Below are positions 11,650 to 24,395 of a stretch of 64,000 nt of DNA, in pieces. A model generated the notes under the pieces. It made no database searches and was not told the origin of the DNA. It saw nothing but the letters and a program-made list of their open reading frames with translations. Both the position numbers and the translations under genes were made by a program. This DNA comes from Vermamoeba vermiformis (Eukaryota), in contig JBEWZL010000216.1 in the NCBI GenBank assembly GCA_045837725.1, positions 372,001 through 436,000 on the forward strand. The letters are read 5' to 3'. The stretch's first letter is position 1; each line of letters starts with the position of its first letter.

Positions 11650-13325
11650 TTATTTCCTTGATTTCTTGTGTGGGTTAGTGCTCTTCTCAATAGTCTTCTC
11701 TTCGCCATCATCCGCATCGCGTTTGCGTTTCTTGCCAAATCCACTCTCGCGCATGTCCATCGCTGCATAGCGCTGTGCCTCAGCCACACGCTCCATCAGC
11801 ACGAGCACTTGATCCTCTTCGGTCTTGTACAGATCCAACTTCTTGCCAATGTACTCCTCAATCTTCTGATACTGCTCCACATCGTACTGCGTCACCAAGT
11901 TGAGCGCGCGGCCACTGTGTCCAGCACGCGCGGTACGACCGACACGATGAATGTAGTCCTTGGTGTGCTGCGGAATGTCGTAGTTGAGCACGAGATCGAC
12001 GAGCGGAATGTCCAAGCCACGACTCGCGACGTCAGTGGCAATCAGGATCTTGATGCCACCTGCTTTGAACTGATTCAACGCACCCAACCGCTTGGTCTGT
12101 GGCATCTTGCCGTGCAGGGGCAGTGCTTTGAAGCCCAAGTGTCGCAACACCAAGCTGCCGCAGTGTTAGTCGCATATATGGTGCATGAATCACTCTGATG
12201 ACTGTCGTGCTCACAGTCAATGACGTACCTGATCCGCTGCGCAGTGGCACATTGGGCGGTGAACACAATAGCGCTGTGGCCCGTGAATTCAGTGAGCAGA
12301 TAGGTCAAGTAGCAGTCCTTGAACTTCTCTGGCACGAACAAGTACTGCTGCACCAAGGTATCGACAGTCGCGTACTTGGATGTGCTCACTTGCACTTTGA
12401 CGGGGTTGTGTAGCGAGGCACGCTGCAGCTTGGCGACCTTGTTGGTCATAGTGGCAGAGAATAGGAAAGAGGTGCGTTCGCGCGGCATGACCTTCAATAT
12501 GGCATCAATCGCGTCCTCAAAGTCCATGTTGAGCAGTCGATCGGCCTCATCGAGCACCAAGAACTTGATCGACTTCAACGAGAAGCCGCGCGTGTTCTGC
12601 AAGTGATACAATATGCGACCTGGCGTACCGATCACAATGTGGGGCTTCTTGGCGAGGGCCACCGCTTGTGTCATGGCATCTGATCAGATCCCGTTAGTTA
12701 CTCATTTAGCGACAGTTTAGCAGTAAATGTATATAGACGTATATAAATATATATAGCTATATAACATTATGAACTCTGACGTACCAATACCACCAACGAC
12801 AACTGCACACGTCACACCAATGGCAGATCCGAGAGCTTCAAACTGTTCTGAGATTTGAAATGCTAACTCTCTATATTCAATAATTAATATTGTATTATTT
12901 GTGCATTTGTTGCTATTATTAAAAAAGTGCATCCAGATCTCAGATCGCGATTCAAAACGCAAACCGATTCAAATGTCGTACCTCGTGGGAGCCATGACGA
13001 GTGCATAGAGTTGTTGCGGATTGAGCAATAGATTGTGGAGAATAGGCAGTGCGAATGAAGCTGTCTTGCCTGAACCTGTCTGCGCCAGACCGATCACATC
13101 TTTGCCCTGTAACGCGTAGGGAATTGAAGCTGCTTGAATAGCGCTCGCGTGAGTCCAGCCCATCTTTTCGCACGTGTTGCATAATACTTCATTGAGCCCT
13201 AGTGACGCGAAAGTGACTTTCTTGGCTGCATCCGGATCCACAACGGACCCGTCAAATTGGTCTTCGCTGACTTCATCGTCATTGCTATTAGACTCTACTG
13301 TCTTCTCTTGCTTGTGTTTGCTCAT
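11650..13325 (-). CDS. DDX47: DEAD-box rRNA helicase DDX47/RRP3
   Basis: [56 protein letters not shown]. Confidence 0.93.
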
Positions 13326-13486
13326 TGCTTGGTGTTCACTATCATCTGGCAATCAAAATAACGCAGCGCTTTTTCGCAGTTTTGACCGTCAAAAAGTCCT
13401 GGGCGTAAATTTGACGGGCAAAATATAACCAGAGGACAGCGCCAAATTGAATTACACAACAAGTTACACTCATACATTAATACACA

Positions 13487-14887
13487 ATGCTCGCTTCAAA
13501 AGAAACTAGTCGCGAGGGTATTAAATCATATTACCAACAGAAAATTGAGGAGCTCGAGGTCATTATTCGAGAAAAGGAACAAAATAATAGACGTCTTGAA
13601 GCGCAGCGAAATGATTGGAACTCGAAAGGTAACAATATATTACAGCATGCTGATAATTATTGTATTTTGAGAATTTAGGGCACTTTGTAAAATTGCAAAC
13701 TCTTGATGACTAATTTTTTTTTTCAAGTGCGATTTATTAAAGAAGAATTAATGCGCTTACAAGAGCCTGGATCATATGTAGGAGAAGTTGTCAAGCCAAT
13801 GGGCAAGAAAAAAATATTAGTAAAGGTCAGTAAAATTTTTGAAAACATCTGAAAAATTTTCAGATTCACTTCTCCCTCACCTACCGGTGTTAATGTCGTA
13901 CAAATTGAATATTTATACCAACAAAATTACCAGGTCCACCCTGAAGGCAAATACGTGGTCGATCTGTCCAAGACAATTGATATCACCAAGTTGACAGCCG
14001 GTACGCGTGTAGCACTCAAAAACGACTCGTACGAACTGCACAAAATACTGCCGAACAAAGTAGACCCACTGGTATCACTGATGCGCGTAGAGAAAGTACC
14101 AGACTCCACTTACGACATGATTGGTGGGCTGGACAAGCAGATCAAGGAGATCAAAGAGGTGATTGAACTGCCCATCAAGCACCCTGAGCTGTTCGAAGCC
14201 CTCGGTATTCAACAGCCCAAGGGAGTGCTGCTGTACGGCCCTCCCGGCACTGGCAAGACACTGCTGGCCCGTGCAGTGGCGCATCACACCGACTGCCAGT
14301 TCATTCGTGTCAGTGGCAGCGAGCTCGTGCAGAAGTACATCGGTGAGGGCAGCAGAATGGTCCGCGAACTCTTCGTCATGGCCCGCGAGCACGCCCCCTC
14401 GATCATCTTCATGGACGAGATCGATTCCATTGGCTCCACGCGCACGGAGTCCTCGGGCGGTGACAGCGAAGTGCAGCGCACCATGCTCGAGTTGTTGAAT
14501 CAGCTCGACGGCTTTGAAGCGAACAAGGCCATCAAAGTGCTCATGTGCACCAATCGAATTGACATTCTCGACCCCGCGCTCTTGCGTCCTGGTCGCATTG
14601 ATCGCAAGATTGAATTCCCCAATCCCAACGAAGCAGCGCGCTTGGACATTCTCAAAATTCACTCGCGCAAGATGAACTTGACGCGCGGCATCAATTTGAA
14701 GAAGATTGCTGATGCACTGACCACCTCGTCTGGTGCCGAGATCAAAGCTGTGTGCACTGAAGCGGGCATGTTTGCATTGCGCGAACGACGAGTGCACGTG
14801 ACACAAGAGGACTTTGAAATGGCCGTGTCCAAGGTGATGGCCAAGGACACCGAGAAGAACATGTCTATACGCAAGTTGTTCAAATAA
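13487..14887 (+). CDS. PSMC5: 26S proteasome AAA-ATPase subunit Rpt6
   Basis: [57 protein letters not shown]-terminus MSIRKLFK. Confidence 0.97.
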
Positions 14888-15024
14888 GCTGCCGCTTGTG
14901 GCGCAGTTGTGTAACACTGACCGAGGGGCCAGTGCTGAAATCAATGTACATTTGACACATAAATCACTCAAAACCGCAGTGCTGAGCTTTATTTCACGTC
15001 ACACGACGATCGATGATGCATCAG

Positions 15025-15958
15025 TTAGTTGGTCAAGGTGAATGAGCCCTTAGCAGTGCTGAGCAAGTAGGTGTGCGCGTGAGAACTGCCGCACATGCCC
15101 TCGCACAGACCAGCGACCACTTGGTAAGTGCCGGGTACGAAGGGCGTGTCTTGGCTGGAGGTGTCGACTTGCACGGAGAAGCTGTATTGACCGGGAGCGA
15201 CATTCACCAACAAGTTGTCAGCCTCTGCAGGATCAAACGAGTCAGCGCGTGTTGCTGAATAGGCAAGCACGAGGTACGTACCGAGCACATCGCCTTGAGG
15301 AGGAACGAGTTCGACAACGATCTGACCAGTGCCGATGGTGTTGACCACAGTGAATTCGACGTCGATGTTGACCATAGCGCCAACAGGAGCGCTGTTGGGA
15401 TCAGCGACCACACTGGTGATGTTGCCGCGCGCATTGTCGTTCACGCTGCACAGACGCAACTCCTCGCACAAGAAGATTGGCTCGGGATCAGCCCTGCTCG
15501 GTACCCATCAGTACATCATCATCATCAGCAGCACAACAGTGCAGGACACTCACATTTGAACGAGCTTGATGAACTCTTCAATGCCGAAGACATCGCACAC
15601 CACATCGCAGACACCAGCCTCCACAGGATTGCCGAAGAAGGCGCAGAGATCAGCGCAGCCACCGATCACACCACCGTCTGTGCGAACAGTCGTATTAGTA
15701 GCGGTAATAAAGCGGGACATTGGTCGTGTACTCACTGGCAATAATATTCAACAACTGGGACAAAGCTTGGTCCATGAAGCTGACCTGTAGCCGAATGATG
15801 ATATTAATGACAATCTATTATAATTGACGAATGTAACTCACGCAGATGGAGCAGAGTTCAAATTGGGGCTTGGGGGGTTTCATGGCAATGCGAACAGGGC
15901 CAGCTTGCGCGATGGCCAGCATAGCCAGCAATACTACAGCGAATACAGAAGTGCGCAT
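15025..15958 (-). CDS. Countin-like secreted saposin-B domain protein (multi-exon)
   Basis: Signal peptide; CSICV...GVIGGCADLC...VCDVVCDVFGIEEFIKLV...DPEPIFLCEELRLC.VNDNA...VVNTIGTGQ...CEGMCGSSH closely parallels Dictyostelium countin as I recall it. Confidence 0.85.
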
Positions 15959-16125
15959 TGTGGTGATGTTATTCAGAATATGAACAGAGAGAAGAACTTT
16001 CGTTTCGGTACAAAAACTTGTTGGTGAAATAAAATTGATAAAAAAAATGAGGTTAGATCCCAGGTGCGACACTTATAACTGACTTGCCAGCTAATTGAAG
16101 AGCACGATCATTATCCAATAGCTCC

Positions 16126-16308
16126 ATGGACGCATTTGAAGACTGCACCATCACCAAATCCAAAGACATCTCCTCGTCGCGAGCCTCCAAGCAGTTGAGT
16201 CGCTTCATCGAGAGCGAAGCAGTGGCTGAGGCACTGAATCAAGAGGTCTCGTATCAGCTCACTCGTCTCGCACAACAGCTCAAGGATCCGCTCAACAACC
16301 CGAATTAA
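16126..16308 (+). CDS. Small hypothetical protein (60 aa)
   Basis: ATG-initiated intronless ORF with coding-like composition between AT-rich flanks, divergent from the countin gene; no family recognised. Confidence 0.45.
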   Translation: MDAFEDCTITKSKDISSSRASKQLSRFIESEAVAEALNQEVSYQLTRLAQQLKDPLNNPN

Positions 16309-16637
16309 TCACGATGACAGGAGCTTGGATTTGGCTTCTAATTTGTACATACCACCGCGAAATAATATAATTTAATTGCAAAAAATAATGCAATATTTTT
16401 GTAAATAAATACGGCTTGAACTGCTATCCGATCTGACCCGATCTCCATCAATACTTCTTTCTAAAGAAATATTCACACCAGGTGAGGACTCACATTAATA
16501 AGTACACACTAGTAGCTCTGCTTAGCAGATTACTAAGCTCGTCGAATGCTCTAGAAGATCCAGCACGTGCCTGGAAGAGTAAAGCAAGAATTCTGCAGTG
16601 GAGCCATTACACTTCCCAGCCCGCACCTCAACACCAC

Positions 16638-17048
16638 ATGAGTGCGATACAGAGCATACACTCAGATCATATACACGAGGTACACAACGTGCCGTTCTCA
16701 GTCATCACTAGACCTGTGCCTTCAGAGCTCGATGAGAACAAAGTGCTCAGTCTGATGAACAGCATTACTTCCGTACGTGCCACAATATAGATGTAGTAGT
16801 ATTATACACCTGTTAACCACTGCTAGTAGGAGGAAGAACGAGGCGCAGTACCGCCGATAGATGTGCTCTGGGTGCAGAAGCGCGACAGTGCGAGTGAACA
16901 GCCGCGCAATTACTACTTTGCATTCGGAGGGTGTCATCGCTACGAGGCCTATAAGCGATTGCATAAGAGTCACATTCCCTGCAAGCTGATAAAGGTCGAT
17001 GAAAGTGTACTCGCCACCCATACCGGATTCACCCTCAAAGAAGCATAG
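16638..17048 (+). CDS. SRXN1: Sulfiredoxin (one intron; start tentative)
   Basis: SIHS.HI.EVHNVPFSVITRPVPSELDENKV; VPPIDVLWV; YYFAFGGCHRYEAY catalytic motif. Confidence 0.93.
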
Positions 17049-17214
17049 AACATGTATCAAACACCTCCATATCATTGTATCATACTAGCATTCCCTCACA
17101 TGTACATAAGGAGCTATAAATAGTGAATTTCTCCGTGCCGTCAATTTCACTTTCCACTCCAACCATACAAACACAGCTCTCCTAGTCTCAATTATACAGC
17201 ACTATTAACGAAAT

Positions 17215-17690
17215 ATGAAGTTCATTTTGTTCGCACTCGTCGTCACTGCACTCGTCGCTGTGGTGTGTGCAGATCAGTCTATTGAAGATGAAGTCAAAGA
17301 CATCATCAAGAACAACAAGATTGTCGTATTCAGCAAGAGCTATTGCCCCTATTGTAAGTACAGTATATATCCACATTGCAAGAATTCAGATTTAAATATT
17401 TTTGAAATACAATTATTATTCGTCACATCCACCTGACACGTCACTCCACAGGCAAGAAAGCCAAGCTGTTGTTAGACAACATGTCGCAGACTTACCACGC
17501 CGTAGAACTCGATCAACACCCCAAGGGCAGTCAGTACCAACAAGCACTGCAAGCTATCACTGGACAGCGCACCGTGCCCAATGTGTTCATCAATGGCCAG
17601 CACATTGGCGGCAGCGACAACTTGCATCGTGCCTACAGCGATGGTACGCTCAACAACTTGTTGAAGCAGAACCAAGCTGACGAGCTCTAA
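17215..17690 (+). CDS. Dithiol glutaredoxin with signal peptide and C-terminal ADEL
   Basis: MKFILFALVVTALVAVVCA signal; VVFSKSYCPYC (spliced); TGQRTVPNVFINGQHIGGSD; ends QADEL. Confidence 0.92.
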
Positions 17691-17846
17691 TCTGCTCTAA
17701 TGTACTGTCATTCCGCTCAGTAAAAATCAGATCTGATGATTACAAAATCGCGTGTCTGTTTAACTGCATAGAGAGGTAGATTACATGAGATGCAGTGCGG
17801 GCTACACATTCAAAACAGCTCACACTGCTATACATATATATAGCGC

Positions 17847-20364
17847 TTATTTCTTCTTGAGTTGCGGCTCCAGCGCGTACAAGACATTCAGCGCCGCATC
17901 CGGTATGCGCGTACCAGGACCGAACACGAGCGTCACACCAGCATCGTAGAGTGCTTGATAGTCTGCTGGCGGAATGACCCCACCGACCACCACCAGCATG
18001 GGTCTGTCGCTCTCCTTGTTGTGTTGCTGCACCAGGGCCGTGAGTTCAGGTACCAGTGTGCGATGTGCTGCGGCCAAAGAGCTCACGCCAATCACGTGCA
18101 CGTCTGCTTCGAGGGCGAGGCGGAGCACTTCCGCAGGGGTCGAGAAGAGGGGTCCAACATCGACGTCCCAGCCCAGATCCGAGAAGCCAGTGCTGATCAC
18201 CTTGGCGCCGCGGTCGTGTCCGTCCTGACCCATCTTGCACACCAACATGCGCGGCCGACGACCGTGCAGCTGTTGGAACTGACCGACGAGCTGTTTGATG
18301 CCCTCAAGCAGCGCTTGATCGGCGTGCGAGGAGACATAGGCGCCCGAGACGAGACTGGTCTTGGGTGTGTAGCGGCCCCACACATCTTCCAGGGCCTGCG
18401 AGATCTCGCCCAGCGTGCAGCGAGCACGAGCACACACAATGCTCTGCGCGAGCAAGTTGTCGGTGGGTGTCTCGGCACTGATGTGACGTGCAATCTCGCG
18501 CAGCTTGTTGAGTTCGCGCTCGACACGTGCCTGATCACGTGACTGCTTGACCTGCGCGAGCTTGTGCAGCTGACTGTCGAGCACTTTGGTGTTGTCAATG
18601 TGCAGCACATCGACCTTCTCTTCGGTGCTGGCCTTGAACTTGTTGACACCGACGATCACCTCCACACCGCTGTCGATCATCGCTTGACGACGTGCGGCGG
18701 CCTCTTCAATGCGCAGCTTGGGCATGCCGGTCTCAATGGCCTTGGTCATGCCGCCCATCGCCTCCACCTCCTCAATGATCTGCAGTGCTTGCGTGTACAG
18801 CTGATCGGTCAGACTCTCCACGGCATACGAGCCAGCGAGGGGATCGATCAGTCCCGTGATGCCCGTCTCGTTCTGCAGAATCAGCTGCGTGTTGCGGGCA
18901 ATGCGTGCACTGAACTGCGTGGGCAGACCGAGTGCCTCGTCCATGGCATTGGTGTGCAGTGACTGCGTGCCACCCAACACCGCGCTCAGTGCCTCGAGGG
19001 CCGTGCGGATGATGTTGTTGTACGGATCTTGTTCGGTCAAACTCCACCCACTGGTCTGGCAGTGCGTGCGCAGCAATAGCGACTTGGCACTCTTGGGCTG
19101 GAACTTCTCCTTGACGAGCTTGGCCCACAATCGGCGTGCAGCGCGCAGCTTGGCGATTTCCAAGAAGAAATTCATGCCAATGCCGAAGAAGAACGAGAAG
19201 CGCGGTGCTACTTCATCGACCGTCACTCCTGCGCGCATGCCCGTGCGCACGTACTCGAGACCATCGGCGAGCGTGAAGGCGAGTTCGAGCACCGTATCTG
19301 CACCTGCTTCTTGCATGTGATAGCCCGAGATCGAGATCGAGTTGTACTTGGGCATGTGTTTGGAGGTGTAGGCCATAATGTCTTGAATGATGCGCATGGA
19401 GGGGGTAGGAGGGTAGATGTAGGTGTTGCGCACCATGAACTCCTTCAATATATCGTTCTGGATCGTACCAGCGAGTGCGCTCTGATCCACGCCTTGTTCT
19501 TCAGCAGCGACAATGTAGAATGCGAGTACTGGCAGCACGGCACCATTCATCGTCATGGAGACACTCACCTTGTCGAGTGGAATGCCGTCAAACAGCGTCT
19601 TCATGTCCTCCACGCTGTCGATCGCAACACCTGCCATGCCCACATCTCCTCGCACGCGCGGATGATCCGAGTCATAGCCGCGGTGTGTAGCGAGATCAAA
19701 GGCCACACTGAGACCTGTCTGACCTTGCTTCAAATTGGCGCGATAGAACGCATTCGACTCCTCGGCAGTGCTGAATCCGCTGTACTGACGAATAGTCCAC
19801 GGCTTGACGCTGTACATGGTGGCATATGGACCTCGCATATAAGGGAACTCACCAGGTAATGTATTGAGATCAGGCACTTGTTTAACGTCCTCAGCCGTGT
19901 AGATGGGCTTGATCTTGACACCTGCGTGTTGTTCGATGAGTGACTCAGGCTCCAAGCCTTTGACTTCTTTCTTCGCGAGTTCAATCCACTTGCTCGGCAG
20001 TGGCACCTCTGCGCGCTTGTTGTCGCTCTCATTGCTGCGCGTCACTGCTGAGCGGATGTAGCAGCGCTGTTGCACGGCCACGCGTGTCTGTGGCGCAGTC
20101 AGTTATATTGACCAGTGTTATGTGTATATAGCGAGATGTGCTGCATGTCTTAAGCAGTGATTGCAATTCAATAATAATTTACTCGTTAAATAAATTTCAA
20201 AAAATCTAGATGTGTTCCAAACCATTCAATGACACGCCACGAGTGACACAATGCATATAGTGCACTGGTACTAATTATATAAAATAGTCCGAGCAGCAGA
20301 TCTGACGTACCCCAGCTTGCAGTGCACGGTGTTGCACGATAGCAGATGCGACGTTCTTCCACAT
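17847..20364 (-). CDS. MMUT: Methylmalonyl-CoA mutase (AdoCbl-dependent), mitochondrial
   Basis: [33 protein letters not shown]12-binding GQDGHDRG; short first exon [18 protein letters not shown] splices in frame. Confidence 0.97.
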
Positions 20365-20539
20365 GTGAGACTAGTGCTGTGTATAATAAGAGACTAGTGC
20401 AGTGGTCACGAGTTGAGTGCTGTGTCTGTTCAGTGAACTGCGTGCGAGTGCTTGAGGTTCTAAAAAAGGAAGCTCTACCAGGGCGCGGTGACAGGTCAGC
20501 ACTGGGGGGCTGGTGCAGTGCGAGACCTCACAGCGAGTG

Positions 20540-21784
20540 ATGGAGCACACAAGTGATAGCAACACGACTACGAGTGTTGATAATAATAACACCAATGCGA
20601 GCACTACTGGTCTGCGGCGTAGCATGTTCGAGCGAAGAAACAGATTCACCCTCAGACTCGGTAGACGCACAGCGATACCGGTAGTATTAGCACTGCACGA
20701 CCCCAAGTCATTCAGCGAGGTCATATTTCAAGTAGGTCCTATTATCAGTGGTGGCTAGTGCATTACTCAGAATTATTTGCACTCATTCGAATTATTTTAT
20801 TGGAATAATAGCAGTGATACTCACAATAATTATACTGAGTACTGCAATTCTCTGCAATACTAACACCGCTGTCCACAGACCATATTGTCGCTGATGAAAG
20901 ACAAGATCATCAAGTACTTGCAATACGACCCCTACCACGGACAGCTGCGCGTGGTGTCAGATCTGCCCTCGCCGCACAGTGCGGTGGTGTGCACCGAACT
21001 GCAAGCTGCGCACCACTTGACGCTGCTCTATTACTTCACGCCGCACGACCCTCCTGCATTTGTAGTGCGCAACACGAGCATCACCGTGCTGCGTACTGGT
21101 CCTGCGCTGCGCACTGCATTGCCTAATAAGGAAAGTGAAAGTGAGCGTGCCAGCAGCGAGGCGGAACAACTGGACGAATCGGATGAAGACGAGCACGTGG
21201 AGGACGATGAGCGGAGCTGGCACTCACTGCACGCACGTGACGATGAGGAGGGTACAGAGGACTATGCTAGTGCGGATGTGCTCGATGAAGTGGACGAGGA
21301 GTATAATGATGATGGCAATGATGATGACCATGCGCACGAGGATGATCGAGACAATAACAACAACCACACCACCAATCACCAGGACCACACTGACGCAGCT
21401 AATGATGACGTCCATCACGTGGTCAGTGAGGTCGATGACGAGCACGTGCTGCTGTCAGATGACACGAACGAGCACGTGACAGCACAGCACGAATCACGTG
21501 ACAGCAGTGTGCATCACGTGCGCGGCTACGAGTCACTGCGACTGTTGAGTCACGTGCTCGTGTTGGAGACCGTGAGTTCCGAGCACAGTTTGACACATTT
21601 GCTGTCACAGCAGTCACGTGACACTGCTCCCGTGCATCACTTGTCGCGCTACTTTCGTAAGTACTCGTGCGTTCAGTGAAACACTTCCGATGCTAAATAT
21701 AGCGCAGAACAATCGACGCCCAGCAAGAAGCGCAAGTCCGTGGGCAGTGACAGCGCACGTGGTCGGAAAAAAGCCAAAAAGTGA
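20540..21784 (+). CDS. Hypothetical nuclear protein, tentatively Saw1/SLX4IP-like
   Basis: 3 exons; RFTLRLGRRTAIPVVL, acidic linker, GYESLRLLSHVLVL; LSRYF PIP-like motif; bipartite basic C-terminus SKKRK...RKKAKK. Family call is from memory and weak. Confidence 0.4.
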
Positions 21785-21818
21785 CACGTGTCATTCAGTG
21801 ACTCGGAACAGCGATTGT

Positions 21819-22586
21819 TTATTCATCCGAGTACAGCACAAAGCACTGACCTGTGCGCGCTAGTTGCAGGCCAGTCACGTGTTCAGGCACGTGTTCGTTG
21901 TGGTGATATATCCACACGGAGTCACGTGCTGGCCAGTGTGCGGCGATGAATTGCCTAATTTGGTCATACGAAGCATGATCTTCAGAGCTCTTCTCTCGCG
22001 CGTCAATGAACACCGTGCGCGCCTGACCAATCGCGTGATAGAGAGGCACGTGATAGCCGCTGTCCCCCGATATACCGAGCAGCGCCTCGTCGCGGTAGTA
22101 CAGCACGCAGCCGTAGCACAACTGCGAGTGACGCGCGTGGTGCACACTGATGGACAACTCGCCTGTCACTGCCGTGCGAACTCCTGTTTGACACTTGTGC
22201 CACGTGACATCTAGCGGTGCACCGACCATCTCGCTCATGCGATGTGTTTGCAACAATTCTGCGACCTGTTCCTGGAACAGCAATAAATTGAGGGGCGTGT
22301 TTGACACGTGTCACTCACTCACCTGCGCCACTACTGTCACGTGCTTTTCAACCGCAGCGCATATCGGCAGTTCAGCCGCGTGATCTCCGTGATTGTGCGT
22401 GACGTAGATGTACTTGGGTATACTTTGCGCCAGTGCACGACACTGTCTCACGACACCAAAGCCGATGTCAATCAGCAGCACGGGCACGTGATTGATGCGC
22501 AGTACAAATGCAGAACTGCAATGACCTTCGTAGACCATGGACGGACCTGCTCCGACACCGAGACACAGTACATCGATGATAGTCAT
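21819..22586 (-). CDS. Metallo-beta-lactamase-fold hydrolase (RNase Z/PhnP-like), one intron
   Basis: LGVG, LLIDIGFG, THNHGDH metal motif, HS..CYG, SGDSG, EDHAS, IYH. Confidence 0.85.
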
Positions 22587-22821
22587 CTAGGGGTAGTTAG
22601 TGCTATGTGGTGTTGTTGTGGATTCGCGAAATAACAATGAATTGTGTTCTGATCGCTGCGCCGTATTTAAAGAGCTCGCGGCTATTTTTAGACCCGCGTA
22701 CTTATTTTTAGCTGCGATAAAATTGATAATTGCTTCGTCGAAACAGCAACAAGATGCGAATCCGTGGACTGTTAAATAGGACATTATTGACTATGTACAA
22801 GGCCGGTGCTAAATATAGCGC

Positions 22822-23453
22822 TCAGAGTCCAGCCGCGACGAGCAGACTGACCTCTTTCTCAAATTTCTTGGAATCAATCTTGTCGTCCAGCGTGTAGAAC
22901 GGATTGCTGATCGCATCGACGTACAGCGCGTGGAACTTGGTGCAGAACTGCTTCACATCTGCGTCTTTGGGATTGGCGTTGTCGTCGAGCGCGAGTATGA
23001 ATTTGACACGTGTCATCGTGACGTAGCCGTAGACCTTGAACTCTTCCGTGGGATAGAGCAGCCCCAAGTACTTGTCGCCCGTGACGAGCATCTTCTTGCC
23101 CACTGCGCGGAGGTCAGTGGCTAATTACAAGGACGCGAGTACTCACCGCGCTCTTCGATCACATCCAGTGAGCTGTGCACAATGTAGTGGAATTTGAGGC
23201 CTGTGTCGGGCACAAAGGTCTTAATAAACAGCGGACTGTTCTGCGCGCCACATCCAAGGTCAGTAATTGCTAGTATTGATTGGAAAATTGCAAAAATTAA
23301 GCAAAATTATCTCAAAATGCGCATTCGCCTATTAGTCATATATACAATCGCCCTTATTGTTCGAAACAGCTGTTAAAAATGCTGCAGTAAATTGGAGTAA
23401 ATTTCTTGCAAATTACTTACAGATTTACCAACAATAGCTATCGCAGCAATCAT
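22822..23453 (-). CDS. TRAPPC2L: TRAPP subunit 2-like (sedlin family)
   Basis: MIAAIAIVGK, NSPLFI, LKFHYIVHSSLDVIEE, YLGLLYPTEEFKVYGYVT, LYVDAISNPFY. Confidence 0.93.
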
Positions 23454-23643
23454 TCGCGTGTGTTAACGATCCAAGCTATATACAACGCCCTTCTGTATCC
23501 TATTGTGGTGCCTACTGGAACGGGCAATTTATTTTGACCGAGTTTGACTGTGAAAAATTGCAAGCCGAAAAGTTTATTTGAAATGTTCAATTTATTCTGC
23601 ACAAACACAGCAACACGTCACACCAGTAAACACAAATACAGCG

Positions 23644-24252
23644 ATGGTGAAAGTAGTAGCACTCGTTATAATGCGCTTCATTGAGCGCGGCAAGCTGCCA
23701 GTCTTGTTGAGCTCATCTTTCGAACTTTCGAGTTTTGGCTTCTTTCAAAAGGGCTCAGTCAAAGAGGTCGCCACATTTGTCGCGCGTGAAGTCGTGCAGC
23801 GATCAGAGCGCGGTGAACTCGAATCAGTCAAGCACCGCGAATATGTTTGCCATTGTCAAATCTTTCAAAACAATCTCGCCATCTGTGCGCTGTCAGACGA
23901 CGAATATCCGCAGCGTGTAGCATTCTCGTTAATTCAACAGGCATCGGACTTATTTCAGCGCCAATACGAAGTGAACAAGTGGAACACAGCTGAAAAAGAT
24001 CAGAACATGACAGTCACGGGCTTGGATGCGCTCTTGTTGAAGTATCAGGACCCCAGCGAGGCTGACAAGATATTGAAGATCAAAAAGGACCTTGAAGAGA
24101 CTAAGACAATTGTATACAAGTCGATTGAACAAATGCTAGAGCGCGGTGATCGATTGGAGGATCTGGCGTCCAAATCCAACGACTTGTCCTTCCAATCCAA
24201 GGCCTTCATGAAACAAGCCGAGAAGATGAACTCGTGCTGCATCATCTTGTAA
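23644..24252 (+). CDS. YKT6: R-SNARE Ykt6
   Basis: LSSFGFFQKGSVKE longin domain, EYPQRVAF, LERGDRLEDL SNARE motif, C-terminal CCIIL. Confidence 0.96.
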   Translation: MVKVVALVIMRFIERGKLPVLLSSSFELSSFGFFQKGSVKEVATFVAREVVQRSERGELESVKHREYVCHCQIFQNNLAICALSDDEYPQRVAFSLIQQASDLFQRQYEVNKWNTAEKDQNMTVTGLDALLLKYQDPSEADKILKIKKDLEETKTIVYKSIEQMLERGDRLEDLASKSNDLSFQSKAFMKQAEKMNSCCIIL

Positions 24253-24395
24253 ATAGCCTGCATTACCTGTAACATTGTATAAAACAGCCGTTCATATCAA
24301 TCATCGTCCATTGCTTCCAATAATAATACTAACAATAATACTTATAATAATACTAGTAGTTATTAACACGAGTGCGAGTACAAAGCAGTGCAGCA

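Noticed and set aside
11092-11678. ORFs inside the inverted repeat and its spacer
   Set aside because: Non-ATG starts, atypical composition, no transposase or other motif
14075-14971. Long antisense ORFs opposite PSMC5 (and similarly opposite MMUT, ELMO, WDR24, DDX47)
   Set aside because: Shadow ORFs from GC-rich codon usage on the coding strand; no recognisable domains
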